The notes under the pieces: generated by a model | What the model saw: the letters and a program-made list of their open reading frames with translations, nothing else | Told to the model about the DNA's origin: nothing | The model's database searches: none | In this document: positions 54,963-64,000 of the stretch, piece by piece | Position numbering within the stretch: position 1 is the first letter of the stretch | Layout: each line of letters begins with the position of its first letter | NCBI GenBank assembly: GCA_965203055.1 | Contig: OZ241863.1 | Coordinates: 3,584,001 to 3,648,000 of the forward strand | Origin: Spirochaetia bacterium | GTDB taxonomy: Bacteria > Spirochaetota > Spirochaetia > SZUA-6 > Bin103 | Reading direction: 5' to 3' | Length of the DNA stretch: 64,000 nucleotides | Translations under genes and position numbers: made by a program

Positions 54963-57900
54963 GAACGCACCTCCAGCGCGGCGCCGTTGGGGGCTCCGCC
55001 AGCGGCTCCGGCGGCAGGCTCGCGGCGTACCCCGTGCCCGCCAATGAGGGAATAGAGGGTCGGAATCAGCACCAGCGTAATCAGGGTGGAGAACAGCAGC
55101 CCGCCGATCACCGTCACCGCCAGCGGTTGGCGCAGCTCCCAGCCCTGACCGAGGCGCAGCGCCAGGGGCGCCAGCCCCAGCACCGTGGTGGCGGTGGTCA
55201 TCAGGATCGGGCGCAGCCGGGTCACCGCGGCGCGGTGAATCGCCGCCCCCGGCTCCAGGCCGCCGCGGCGCAGTCGATTGATGTAGTCCACCAGCACGAT
55301 GGCGTTGTTGACCACGATGCCGGCCATCATGATCACCCCGATCAAGGCGATGGCGCTCACCGGCACGGCGAACAGGGCCAGCGTCAGCACCACGCCCACC
55401 AAGCCGAACGGCACCGCCGCCAGGATGATGAGGGGATGCAGCAGCGACTCGAACTGGGCCGCCATCACCAGGTAGGTCAACACCACCGCCAGGATGAGAG
55501 CCAGCCGCATGCTGGCGAAGGAATCGACCATCTCCTGCCACTGCCCGGCCAGCTCGGCGGCCACGCCGTGCTCGGCCGCCACCTGCTCGAGCACCGCCTG
55601 CACCTCGCCGGTGACGCTGCCCAGATCGCGCCCGTCCAGGTTGCCGGTCACCAGCACCACGCGGCGCTGGTCGACGCGGCGGATCTCGTTGGCGCCCTCC
55701 ACTACGGTGACCGCCGCCACCGCCGACAACGGCACCGGCACGCCGCCCGCCGTGGTGACGATCAGCGCCTCCAGGTCCGCGATGGTGGCGCGGTCTTGCG
55801 GCCGGGCGCGCACCCGCAACGCCACGTCCCGGCGCCCGCGTTCCAGCTCGGTCGGCACCTCACCCTGCAGCTTGGCGGCCACGATCTCGCCGACCGTCTC
55901 CGCGTCCAGGCCCAACTCGGCCAGTTGCGGGCGGTTGAGGTCGATCACCACCTCCGGGCTGGTGCCGGCCAGGCGGGCGCTGACGTCGGCCAGTCCGGTG
56001 ACCGCCGCCAGGCGCTCGGCGGCGGTTCGGGCAGCACGCTGCAGCAGCGCGGGCGCGGCGCCGCTGACGCGCGCCTCCACCGCGGCGTCGAAGGTCAGGA
56101 GCGGCGGGCGGCTGAAGGTGACGGCGGCGCCGGCAAGGCCGGCCAGCGCCGCGCGGAGTTGCGCCAGGGCCTGATCCTCGGCGCCGCCCCGGTATTCCGG
56201 GCGCAGGTCGATCAGGAGCTGGCCGCGGTTCTCCCGCACCTCGTTGCCGGTGCGCGACGAACCGGCCACGGCGTAGGTCTGCGCCACCGCCGGCAGCTCG
56301 GCGGCGCGGCGCTGCAGCTCCGCCAGAACGGCGTCGGTGCGCGCCACCGGGGTGCCGGGCGGCAACTCCACGTCGGCGACGATGGCGCCCTGGCGAATTT
56401 CGGGAATCAGCTCGGTGCCGAGCAGCGGCACCAGGCTCAGCGAGCCGACCAGCAAGACGACGGCGAGCAGCACCACCAGCAGGCGGTGGCGGAGCGCCCA
56501 GCCCAGCAGCCGCGGATAGCCGCCGCTCGCCATCCGGTAGAGGCGGTCGAACAGCCACGTCAGCGGCGTGAGGAGCAGCCGCAGCACCAATCCGAGGCCG
56601 CGGGTGAGCGCCAGCAGGCCGCGTCCCGGCGCCGCCGCCACCCGCACCGCCAACAGCTCGCGGGCCGCGTCCTCCGCCGTCGGCGCCGGCGGCGGCTCGC
56701 CGGACGGGGGCGGCGGGGGCGCGGCGTCCGCGGCGCGCGGCGCGCGCAGGCCGGCCGCGCTGGCCATGGGAATCAGGGTCAGCGCCACCGCCAGGCTCAC
56801 CAGCAGCGAGAAGGTGACGGTCAGCGCCGGATCCACGAACAACTGCCCGGCGATGCCGCTCACGAACACCACGGGGATGAACACGCACAGCGTGGTCAGG
56901 GTCGCGGCGAGCACCGCGCCGCCCACCTCCGCGCCGCCGGCGCGGGCTGCGGCGCCGCGGTCGGCGGCGGCGCGCAGATGGCGGTCGATGCTTTCCAGCA
57001 CCACGATGGAGCTGTCCACCAGCATGCCGATGCCGAGCGCCAGCCCGCCGAGCGACATGATGTTGAGCGATACCCCGCCCAGGAACATGAGGAAGAAGCT
57101 GGCGATCACCGAAATGGGAATCGCCAGCCCCACCACCAAGGTGCTGCGCAGTCGGCGCAGGAACAGGTACAGCACCGCAATTGCCAACCCGCCGCCCAGC
57201 ACCGCGGCCTGGATCACGTCGCGGATCGACTGCTCGATGAAGCGCGACTGGTCCGCCGCCACACGCAGCTCGACGTCGACCACGCCGGCCAGCTCCTCCT
57301 CCACTTCGGCGAGGCGGGCCCGCACCGCCTGCGCCGCGGCCACGGTGTTGGCGGCGGCCTCCTTGTGAATGGCGATCTCCACGCTCGGCCGGCGGTTGGT
57401 ACGGGTGATGGTGGACTGCTCCCGGTAGCCGCTGCGCACCTCGGCCACGTCCTGCAGCCGCACCTGGACGTCGCCGGCCTCGCCCACCACGATGCGCCCG
57501 ATCTCCTCCAGGTCGGCGAACCGCGCCAGCACGCGCACGAGGTATTCGGCGGCGCCGTCGGCGATGCTGCCGCCGGTCAGGTTCACGTTCTCGCGCTGCA
57601 GCCGGGCGGCGATCTGGGCCAGCGAAATGCCGAGCAACGCCGCGCGGCGCTGGTCGACGTTGATCTGGATCTCCTCTTCCACGCCGCCGGAGACGACCGC
57701 GGCAGCCACGCCGTCGATGCTCTCCAGGCGTTGCTTGATCGTCTGTCCGGCCAGCAGCCGCAGTCCGGCCTGTTCGGCCGCGCCCGCCTCCCCCGGCGCC
57801 GCGCTGCCCACGCTGATGCGCATGATCGGGTCCAGCGCCGGGTCGAAGCGCAGCAGGATCGGGTCCTCCGCGGCGTCCGGCAACGCCAGTTGCGCGAGCT

Positions 57901-58231
57901 GTTCGCGCACGTCGATGGCGGCGAAGTCCATGTCGGTGCCCCAGGAGAACTCCATGATCACGTCGGAGAGGCCGGCGCGGGAGATGCTGGAGATGTCCGC
58001 CACGCCCGACACGATGCCCACCGCATCCTCGATGGGGATGGTGACGAAGGTCTCGACGTCGGCGGGCGCGACGCCGGGGTACTCGGTGCGGATGGTGATG
58101 GTGGGGAATGCCAGGTCGGGCAGCAGGTCGACCGGCAGTTCGCGGAACGAGATCAGCCCGAAGATCACCAGGGCGACGAAGAACACCACGACCGACACCG
58201 GCCGGCGGGTCGCCAGCGCGACGATCTTCAC
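54959..58231 (-). CDS. RND efflux permease (AcrB family)
   Basis: LPVDLLP, GMLVDSSIVVLESI, GIVVNNAIV, RLRPILMT. Confidence 0.92.
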   Translation of the reverse strand: MKIVALATRRPVSVVVFFVALVIFGLISFRELPVDLLPDLAFPTITIRTEYPGVAPADVETFVTIPIEDAVGIVSGVADISSISRAGLSDVIMEFSWGTDMDFAAIDVREQLAQLALPDAAEDPILLRFDPALDPIMRISVGSAAPGEAGAAEQAGLRLLAGQTIKQRLESIDGVAAAVVSGGVEEEIQINVDQRRAALLGISLAQIAARLQRENVNLTGGSIADGAAEYLVRVLARFADLEEIGRIVVGEAGDVQVRLQDVAEVRSGYREQSTITRTNRRPSVEIAIHKEAAANTVAAAQAVRARLAEVEEELAGVVDVELRVAADQSRFIEQSIRDVIQAAVLGGGLAIAVLYLFLRRLRSTLVVGLAIPISVIASFFLMFLGGVSLNIMSLGGLALGIGMLVDSSIVVLESIDRHLRAAADRGAAARAGGAEVGGAVLAATLTTLCVFIPVVFVSGIAGQLFVDPALTVTFSLLVSLAVALTLIPMASAAGLRAPRAADAAPPPPPSGEPPPAPTAEDAARELLAVRVAAAPGRGLLALTRGLGLVLRLLLTPLTWLFDRLYRMASGGYPRLLGWALRHRLLVVLLAVVLLVGSLSLVPLLGTELIPEIRQGAIVADVELPPGTPVARTDAVLAELQRRAAELPAVAQTYAVAGSSRTGNEVRENRGQLLIDLRPEYRGGAEDQALAQLRAALAGLAGAAVTFSRPPLLTFDAAVEARVSGAAPALLQRAARTAAERLAAVTGLADVSARLAGTSPEVVIDLNRPQLAELGLDAETVGEIVAAKLQGEVPTELERGRRDVALRVRARPQDRATIADLEALIVTTAGGVPVPLSAVAAVTVVEGANEIRRVDQRRVVLVTGNLDGRDLGSVTGEVQAVLEQVAAEHGVAAELAGQWQEMVDSFASMRLALILAVVLTYLVMAAQFESLLHPLIILAAVPFGLVGVVLTLALFAVPVSAIALIGVIMMAGIVVNNAIVLVDYINRLRRGGLEPGAAIHRAAVTRLRPILMTTATTVLGLAPLALRLGQGWELRQPLAVTVIGGLLFSTLITLVLIPTLYSLIGGHGVRREPAAGAAGGAPNGAALEVRS

Positions 58232-58480
58232 CGCTGCCCCTCGCGGGTATGGTGCCGGGACGCACGCCGCATCGACTGCAAGATACCGCACATCCGCGGC
58301 CGCGGCAGGCCCTGGCGGACCGCAGCCAGCACTAGCGGTGCCTGCCTGCTAGGTCCGGGTCCGGGGTGCGGCCCTTGCGGCTCCGCTATCGTTCGCGCAT
58401 AGTGGTAGCCGAGCTTGAGATTCCTGATCGCAACTCGTTGACGGCGTCCGATACGGTCAGCGAACGTGTATGGGAGGCAT

Positions 58481-59548
58481 ATGATGTCAAGCGTGCCACA
58501 GACCTATACGATCTCCGATTTCATCGATTGGCATTCCAGGAATCAGCTTATCCTGGCGCCTGATTTCCAGCGTGGTACCGTATGGACTCCGAGTGCCAAG
58601 GTCTTCTTGATTGATACGATCCTGAATAACTTCCCAATACCACAAGTCTTCATCCGTACCAAAATCGATGGTACAACGCAAGGAGTGATCAGAGAGGTCG
58701 TCGATGGGCAACAGCGATTGCGGGCCATCCTGGAATTCGCATCCGAAAAGCTGAAACTGACGGCCAACTCTCCTGTCCGCAAGGGAAAGAGATATAGCGA
58801 GCTGAACGACGACGATAAGGAGACTTTTCTATCGTATAACGTTCCGGTCGTGCAGTTGCTCAATGCGGACGATGCAGAAGTACTGGAGGTGTTCGCCCGT
58901 CTGAATTCGTATAGCGTCAAGCTGACTCCCGCGGAGTTGAGACATGCGGAATACTCGGAACCGGTCAAGTGGGCTATCTATGACGCGGCGCGGCACTGGA
59001 ACACTCTTTGGAATGATCTTGGCGTCGTGTCAGTTCGGGAAAGCGTTCGATTGAAGCACACTTCCGTCGTTGCCGAAATGTTCATGGCATTGGATAAAGG
59101 ATACGCCGACGGAGGAGAAAGAAAAATCAACGGATACTTTAGGGAGCGAAAATTAAAGTCAGAATCATTCTTCCGTCCTATCCGCAAACGAATAGACCTC
59201 GTCGTACAGGACATGCTCAGGAATTTGAAGGACGACTACGCCGGTACGACGTTCTTCGACGCTCCGAACTTCTTGACTCTGTTTGCAGCAATCGCGTTCC
59301 TCAGAGGTTGGCTACCAGGTAGCGGCGCGGCTGAGAACTTGAAACCCCCTGCTGGTACCGGGGTCGACTGGCAGCGAGCTTATGAAGAGCTCGCTCAGAT
59401 TGCGCAGGCGTTCGACGGCGACGACGAAAGGAATGGCAGGTATTCGACCTTTGTCAAAGCGACGCGAAGCAGTACCCATAGTCTTTCGTCTCGCAAACAC
59501 AGGTTACAAACACTGGTGAATGCAATCGGGGCAAATGCACCTTCTTAG
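58481..59548 (+). CDS. DUF262 (ParB/Srx-like, GmrS-type) protein
   Basis: PDFQRGTVW, LIDTIL, VVDGQQRL, FARLNS. GGGAGG RBS; low GC. Confidence 0.88.
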   Translation: MMSSVPQTYTISDFIDWHSRNQLILAPDFQRGTVWTPSAKVFLIDTILNNFPIPQVFIRTKIDGTTQGVIREVVDGQQRLRAILEFASEKLKLTANSPVRKGKRYSELNDDDKETFLSYNVPVVQLLNADDAEVLEVFARLNSYSVKLTPAELRHAEYSEPVKWAIYDAARHWNTLWNDLGVVSVRESVRLKHTSVVAEMFMALDKGYADGGERKINGYFRERKLKSESFFRPIRKRIDLVVQDMLRNLKDDYAGTTFFDAPNFLTLFAAIAFLRGWLPGSGAAENLKPPAGTGVDWQRAYEELAQIAQAFDGDDERNGRYSTFVKATRSSTHSLSSRKHRLQTLVNAIGANAPS

Positions 59549-60136
59549 ACATGTTTGGAGATTACATAGGAATGTCGCCCTACAGGTGGAAATAATTGGA
59601 CGAGCCAACTATGCGCTCTGTGCCGGACTGACATCTATGCGGTAGAGAAAGCAATCGTTCAGCTTCAAATTGAGTGGGAACAGTTCGTTCGGATGTTCAT
59701 TCTCGATTGTGCTACCGGTCGTTACGCAGATCGAAGTGGTCCAGTAACGTCGAATCTTCCTTCGAGGCCACCAACCCGCGAGAGGGCCGGACACCTACTA
59801 GTCAGCTTGTACAAAAGGAGAACCAGAGAACCTGATTGGTATCTTCCAAGAGATGCCATAGTTGCAGCCCATAGACTGCGTTTGTCGAATTGCCATAACA
59901 TCTCGGCTGTTCTGGGTTCATCACCCTGGTTACTGGATGATCTTCGCCATCTGCGAAATTACATTTCACACCAGTCGAAACAGTCCGCTTTGGAGCTGAG
60001 GAAGAACGGGATCGTTACCGCCTCCGGTCGCATAATGCCGGTACGAAATGCCCTCTCGTACGGGATTAATGGCGTGCAACGGTACATTGGCTGGGCAACC
60101 TTCATGAAGGACGTTTCGCGGAGGCTGGTCCGATAG
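59535..60136 (+). pseudogene. HEPN-domain protein, apparently frameshifted near the 5' end
   Basis: RNYISH (RxxxxH) and the AIVQLQIEWEQFVR helix lie in a frame with no ATG between stop 59569 and 59693. The coupled ATG 59535 is in another frame that stops at about 59645. Confidence 0.6.
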
Positions 60137-60159
60137 CCTCCACGCTATCCGGCGGCCGT

Positions 60160-61068
60160 TTGCCGGGAACCGCACCGGCAGGCAACGTGCTGGCGCCGAC
60201 GCCGGCGGTGGTGGCGCTGGTCACCCTTCTGGCGCTGTTGTGGGGCGGCAACTCCGTATTCATCAAGGTGGGCCTGCGCGCGCTGCCGCCGTTCGCGCTG
60301 ACCGCAGTGCGGCTGGCGCTGGGACTGGCGGTGATCGGCGGCTGGGCGCTGGCGCGCCGCCTCCCGTTGCGCCTGCAGCGCGGCGAGCTCCTGCCGCTGG
60401 CGGCACTGGCGGCGCTGTTTCTGGTGCAGGTGGTGGCCCTGCATGCCGGCACCCGGTTCACGCTGGCCGCCCATTCCACGGTAATGATGAGCACCTACCC
60501 GCTGTTCACCTCGTTGTTCGCGCACCTGTTGATCGCCGGCGACCGGCTGACGCCGCGCACCGGCGCCGGGCTGGCGCTGGGATTCGCCGGAGTGGTGGCG
60601 ACCTTCGCCCCGCAACTGGCAGCGGGCGGCGCGGCAGGTACCGCGCTCGGCAGCGCGCTGGTGCTGGGCAGCGCCCTGCTGCTGGGGCTGCGCACCGCGG
60701 TGTCCAAACGCATGCTGCAGGCGGTCAGCGCCGAGAAGCTGCTGTTCTGGATGCTGCTGCTCAGCCTGCCGGCCGCGGCCGCGCTCAGCGCGGTGCTGGA
60801 GCGGGAGGAGAGGTTCGCGTTCGACCTCGCCGGGATGCTGGCCATCGGCTACGTGGGCGTGGTGATTGCCGGCTTCTGCTTCCTCTCCTGGACGGCGATT
60901 CTGGCCCGCTACCGCGCCAGCCGCCTGACGGTGATGTTCTTCGCCACGCCGCTGTCAGGCACCTTTCTGAGCTGGTGGATTGCCGGCGACCCGCTCGGCC
61001 CCAGTCTGCTGGTGGGCGCGCTGCTGGTGGCGGCGGGGATCGCCATCAACGCCAGTGCCCGCTCCTGA
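60160..61068 (+). CDS. DMT/EamA family transporter
   Basis: LWGGN, about 10 TM segments, two EamA repeats. Start uncertain. Confidence 0.88.
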   Translation: MPGTAPAGNVLAPTPAVVALVTLLALLWGGNSVFIKVGLRALPPFALTAVRLALGLAVIGGWALARRLPLRLQRGELLPLAALAALFLVQVVALHAGTRFTLAAHSTVMMSTYPLFTSLFAHLLIAGDRLTPRTGAGLALGFAGVVATFAPQLAAGGAAGTALGSALVLGSALLLGLRTAVSKRMLQAVSAEKLLFWMLLLSLPAAAALSAVLEREERFAFDLAGMLAIGYVGVVIAGFCFLSWTAILARYRASRLTVMFFATPLSGTFLSWWIAGDPLGPSLLVGALLVAAGIAINASARS

Positions 61069-61104
61069 GCCGGTAGCGCTATATTGAAATCAGGGTAATC
61101 GACT

Positions 61105-61893
61105 GTGGATGGATGGTTGCAGCTTGCAGGGAAGACCGCGGTGGTGACCGGCGCGGCGTCGGGCATCGGGCGCGCCGCGGCGCTGGCGTTCGCCGAGGCG
61201 GGAACGCGGGTGGTGGCGGCGGACCGCGCGGCCGAGGCCGGCGCGCGGGTGGCGGCGGAGCTGGCCGGCGGCGCGGCGGCCGGGCACCGCTTCGAGGCGG
61301 TGGACGTGACCGATCCGGACAGCGTGCGCCGCCTGTTCGCCGCGGCGCCGTCGCCGGTGGACATCCTGGTCAACAACGCCGGCATCAACCTGCCCGCAGC
61401 GCTGCCGGAGGTGGACGCGGCCAGCGTGGCCCGGACCCTGGCGGTAAACCAGACCGGCATGATCCTGTGCGCGCAGGCGGCGGCGGCCGGCATGGTGGCG
61501 GCCGGCCGCGGGGTGATCGTCAACCTGGCCTCGGAGTCGGGGCTGGAGGGGTCGGCGGGCCAGAGCGTGTACGCGGCGAGCAAGGCCGCGGTCTACTCGC
61601 TGACCCGCTCCTGGGCCAAGGAGCTGGGACCGCGCGGGGTGCGCGTCACCGGCGTGGCGCCGGGCCCGCTGGAACCCACCGGCATGACCGGCGCCGGCTA
61701 CATGGCGGCCCTGGCGCGGGCGCGGGGCACCACCCCGGAGGCGATCGCGCGCGGCTACGCGGCGGCGATTCCGCTGGGGCGCGCCGGAACCCTGGCCGAA
61801 GTGGCCAACGTAATCCTGTTCCTGGCCTCGCCGCGCGCGTCCTACGTGACCGGCACGGTGGTAAACGTCAGCGGCGGGAAGTCGCGGGCATGA
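61105..61893 (+). CDS. SDR oxidoreductase, sorbitol-6-phosphate dehydrogenase-like
   Basis: TGAASGIG, NNAG, SESGLEGSAGQSVYAASK, SWAKELG, NVSGGKSR. Confidence 0.85.
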   Translation: MDGWLQLAGKTAVVTGAASGIGRAAALAFAEAGTRVVAADRAAEAGARVAAELAGGAAAGHRFEAVDVTDPDSVRRLFAAAPSPVDILVNNAGINLPAALPEVDAASVARTLAVNQTGMILCAQAAAAGMVAAGRGVIVNLASESGLEGSAGQSVYAASKAAVYSLTRSWAKELGPRGVRVTGVAPGPLEPTGMTGAGYMAALARARGTTPEAIARGYAAAIPLGRAGTLAEVANVILFLASPRASYVTGTVVNVSGGKSRA

Positions 61894-63698
61894 GCGGCGG
61901 CGCCGCCGCGGCCCGGCAGCCCCACCACGGGGTGTTCATCACCGCTCCGGGGCAGGTGGAACTGCGCCGCGACCGTCTGCCGGAGCGCTGGTTCGACGGC
62001 CCTTACGTGATCACCGAGTCGCTGGGCAACTCGGTGTGCTCGTCCGACCAGAAGGCGGTGCGCCAGTTCACCGAGCACGCGCGCATTCCCGGCAACGCCA
62101 CCCAGGTGGCGCTTGGCCACGAGACCGTGCACCGGGTGCTGGCCGCGCCGCCGACCGCCCCCGTCCGGCCCGGCCAAGTGGTGTTGATCACCCCCGGTCT
62201 GTCCAGCGCCCCGGTGAATCCCGACTCCTTCGCGCCCGATCCCGAGGCCGGCGTACTGGCGGCGCTCGGCTACTCGTTCCGCTACGCCGCCGGCCTGCGC
62301 CGCTACAGCGGCCTGCCGGAGCGGGTCGGCGAAGTGGTCGCCGAACAGGGCCTGGGCGAGCTGTTCATTCCGATCCCGGACGCCATCAGCGCGGACTCGG
62401 CCACCAGCCTAGCGACGCTGGCCCATGCCGAGCCGTTCGCCTGCTGCCGCGGCGCGCTACGCCACATGTTCACCCGCGGCGCGGACGGCGAGCTGGCGCC
62501 GGGGCTGCCGCCGGCCGCGGACGTGGCGCTGCTCAGCGGCACCGGGCGGATGGCGATGATCACCCTGGCCATCCTGGCGCGCGGCCCGCACTGGCCGCGG
62601 CGCGTGGCGGTTACCGGCAGCCGCGCCCGGCTGCGCCAGCTTGGCGCCGCCCCGGTGGTGGCGGCCCTGCGCGACCGCGGCGTGAGCGTGCACCTGGTGG
62701 ACCGCGCCGACGGCGCGGCGCTGGCGGAGCTGCGCGCCGAGCGCGGCTTCGACGGAGTGTTCACCTTCTACGCCAACCAGGAGAGCTACGACCTGGCGGC
62801 GGAGTTGGTGCGCCCCGGCGGCAACCTCAACAACTTCGCCGGCGCCGGCGACCCGGACCTCGTGTTGCCGATGACCATTCCCGCGGCGGGGCCGGACAGA
62901 GCTCAGGAAGCGGGAGCGGCGATCGGCGAGATGATTCATCCGCAGGCGCTCGGCGCGCCGCGGCGGGTGCGCGGGCTGGCCGCGCCGGCGCGGGTGGCGC
63001 TGGCCGGGTTCGATGCCGGCGACGCGCGCGTCGAGCGGTTGCTGCGCGCCCTCCCCGCCGGCACCGCGGTGGCCGGCGCCGGCCCGGCGGGCCGCTTCCC
63101 GGCGCTGGCGTTTGGCGCCGACCCGCCCTACACCGACCTGTTCATCGCCGGCCGCGGCGCCGCGGCCGCGCGCACCTACCGCGAGCGCGAGCTGCTGTTG
63201 GCGCGCGACGCGGCGGTGAACTTCGTCGACGGCGGCACCGCCATCAGCATCCGCTCGCGCCACCTGCACTACCTTTCACGGCACCAGATCTGCGGCCCCG
63301 CGGTGCCCTACTACCTGACCAACACTTCGGAGCCGGCCTCCGCCGACCTGGCCGAACAGGCGCGCGCGCCGCTCAACTTCGACTGGATGGTGCGCCGCAT
63401 CGCCGGCCTGGCCGCGGCCCCGCAACTGATCCGCGACGTCGGGCGCCGGTCCCCGTTCGGTTCCCACTTCGTCCTCACCCAACTGGAGGAACTCCCCTAC
63501 GTGGAGGTCGGCGCCGTGCCGTTCCGCGCCGCCGCCCGCGCCGAGCGGCAGGCCGGCCACACCCGCACCGCCGCCGCCTTGACCGCCGCCGCCGGCGTGC
63601 TCGCCGCTACCGGCGACCAGTGGTCCCGCGCCGTCGAGGACGCCCTCTACCACGCCCACGACCTCCCCCACCCCTTCGCCGAGCAGGCGCTTCGCTAG
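61890..63698 (+). CDS. MDR family dehydrogenase, L-sorbose-1-phosphate reductase (SorE)-like, extended
   Basis: SVCSSDQKA, LGHE, AEPFAC, LNNFAG. ATGA overlap with the SDR. Confidence 0.6.
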   Translation: MSGGAAAARQPHHGVFITAPGQVELRRDRLPERWFDGPYVITESLGNSVCSSDQKAVRQFTEHARIPGNATQVALGHETVHRVLAAPPTAPVRPGQVVLITPGLSSAPVNPDSFAPDPEAGVLAALGYSFRYAAGLRRYSGLPERVGEVVAEQGLGELFIPIPDAISADSATSLATLAHAEPFACCRGALRHMFTRGADGELAPGLPPAADVALLSGTGRMAMITLAILARGPHWPRRVAVTGSRARLRQLGAAPVVAALRDRGVSVHLVDRADGAALAELRAERGFDGVFTFYANQESYDLAAELVRPGGNLNNFAGAGDPDLVLPMTIPAAGPDRAQEAGAAIGEMIHPQALGAPRRVRGLAAPARVALAGFDAGDARVERLLRALPAGTAVAGAGPAGRFPALAFGADPPYTDLFIAGRGAAAARTYRERELLLARDAAVNFVDGGTAISIRSRHLHYLSRHQICGPAVPYYLTNTSEPASADLAEQARAPLNFDWMVRRIAGLAAAPQLIRDVGRRSPFGSHFVLTQLEELPYVEVGAVPFRAAARAERQAGHTRTAAALTAAAGVLAATGDQWSRAVEDALYHAHDLPHPFAEQALR

Positions 63699-64000
63699 CG
63701 CGCCAGCCGCGCACTCGCCAGCCGATTGAGGCTCACGCCCTCCTCGGCTGCCTGCAGCACCAGCTCCCGGTGGACTTCCGGCGGCACCCGCACGACGAAC
63801 CGGCCGCTGTACTTGCGGTCCGCAAGCGGCTCCGGCGGGGTCTCTCCGTTGGCCTGCATATCCGCCACCACTTCCCCAACCAGTTTCTGCATCCCGGCCA
63901 GCGCATCCAGCGGAGTAGCCGCCAGCCAACTCAGCGACGGAAACTCGACGCAGGTCGCGACATGCTCATCATCTTCAGGAGACCAAGCTACCCGGTAGGT
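63695..64000 (-). CDS. hicB: HicB family antitoxin; 5' end lies off-window
   Basis: YRVAWSPEDDEHVATCVEFPSLSWLA…YSGRFVVRVPPEVHRELVLQAAEEGVSLN. Confidence 0.9.
   Translation of the reverse strand, partial: TYRVAWSPEDDEHVATCVEFPSLSWLAATPLDALAGMQKLVGEVVADMQANGETPPEPLADRKYSGRFVVRVPPEVHRELVLQAAEEGVSLNRLASARLAR

Noticed and set aside
51828..58402. Very long plus-strand ORFs (962 and 1122 aa) opposite the RND genes
   Set aside because: Antisense shadows caused by GC3 bias, with no recognisable motifs.

Overview
64 kb from a very GC-rich bacterium. The ABC solute-binding protein N-terminus (…FATGAEEAA…) is spirochaete-like, but this taxonomic hint is weak inference. Core metabolic and transport genes (glnS, GGT, GH51, ABC-sulfatase operon, RND efflux, RadC, LtrA, SDR/SorE-like) are interleaved with many defence and toxin-antitoxin modules, several clearly lower in GC. 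These are: the 3' half of a MADS system (mad5-mad8, 1-12641), an AAA-nuclease, an Rpn-like C-terminal remnant with an internal RBS, an uncharacterised small-protein plus degenerate ImmA/IrrE-like pair, a type I R-M system with a single-TRD HsdS, an SDH/ClpP-fold protease plus small ORF plus orphan HigA cassette, a Septu-like PtuAB pair, a DUF262 plus HEPN pair with an apparent frameshift, and a partial HicB. The best candidates for undescribed systems are the 20598-22344 pair and the 29149-30552 protease cassette. No rRNA, tRNA, CRISPR array, integrase or intact transposase was seen. All calls come from motif recognition by eye; no searches were run.
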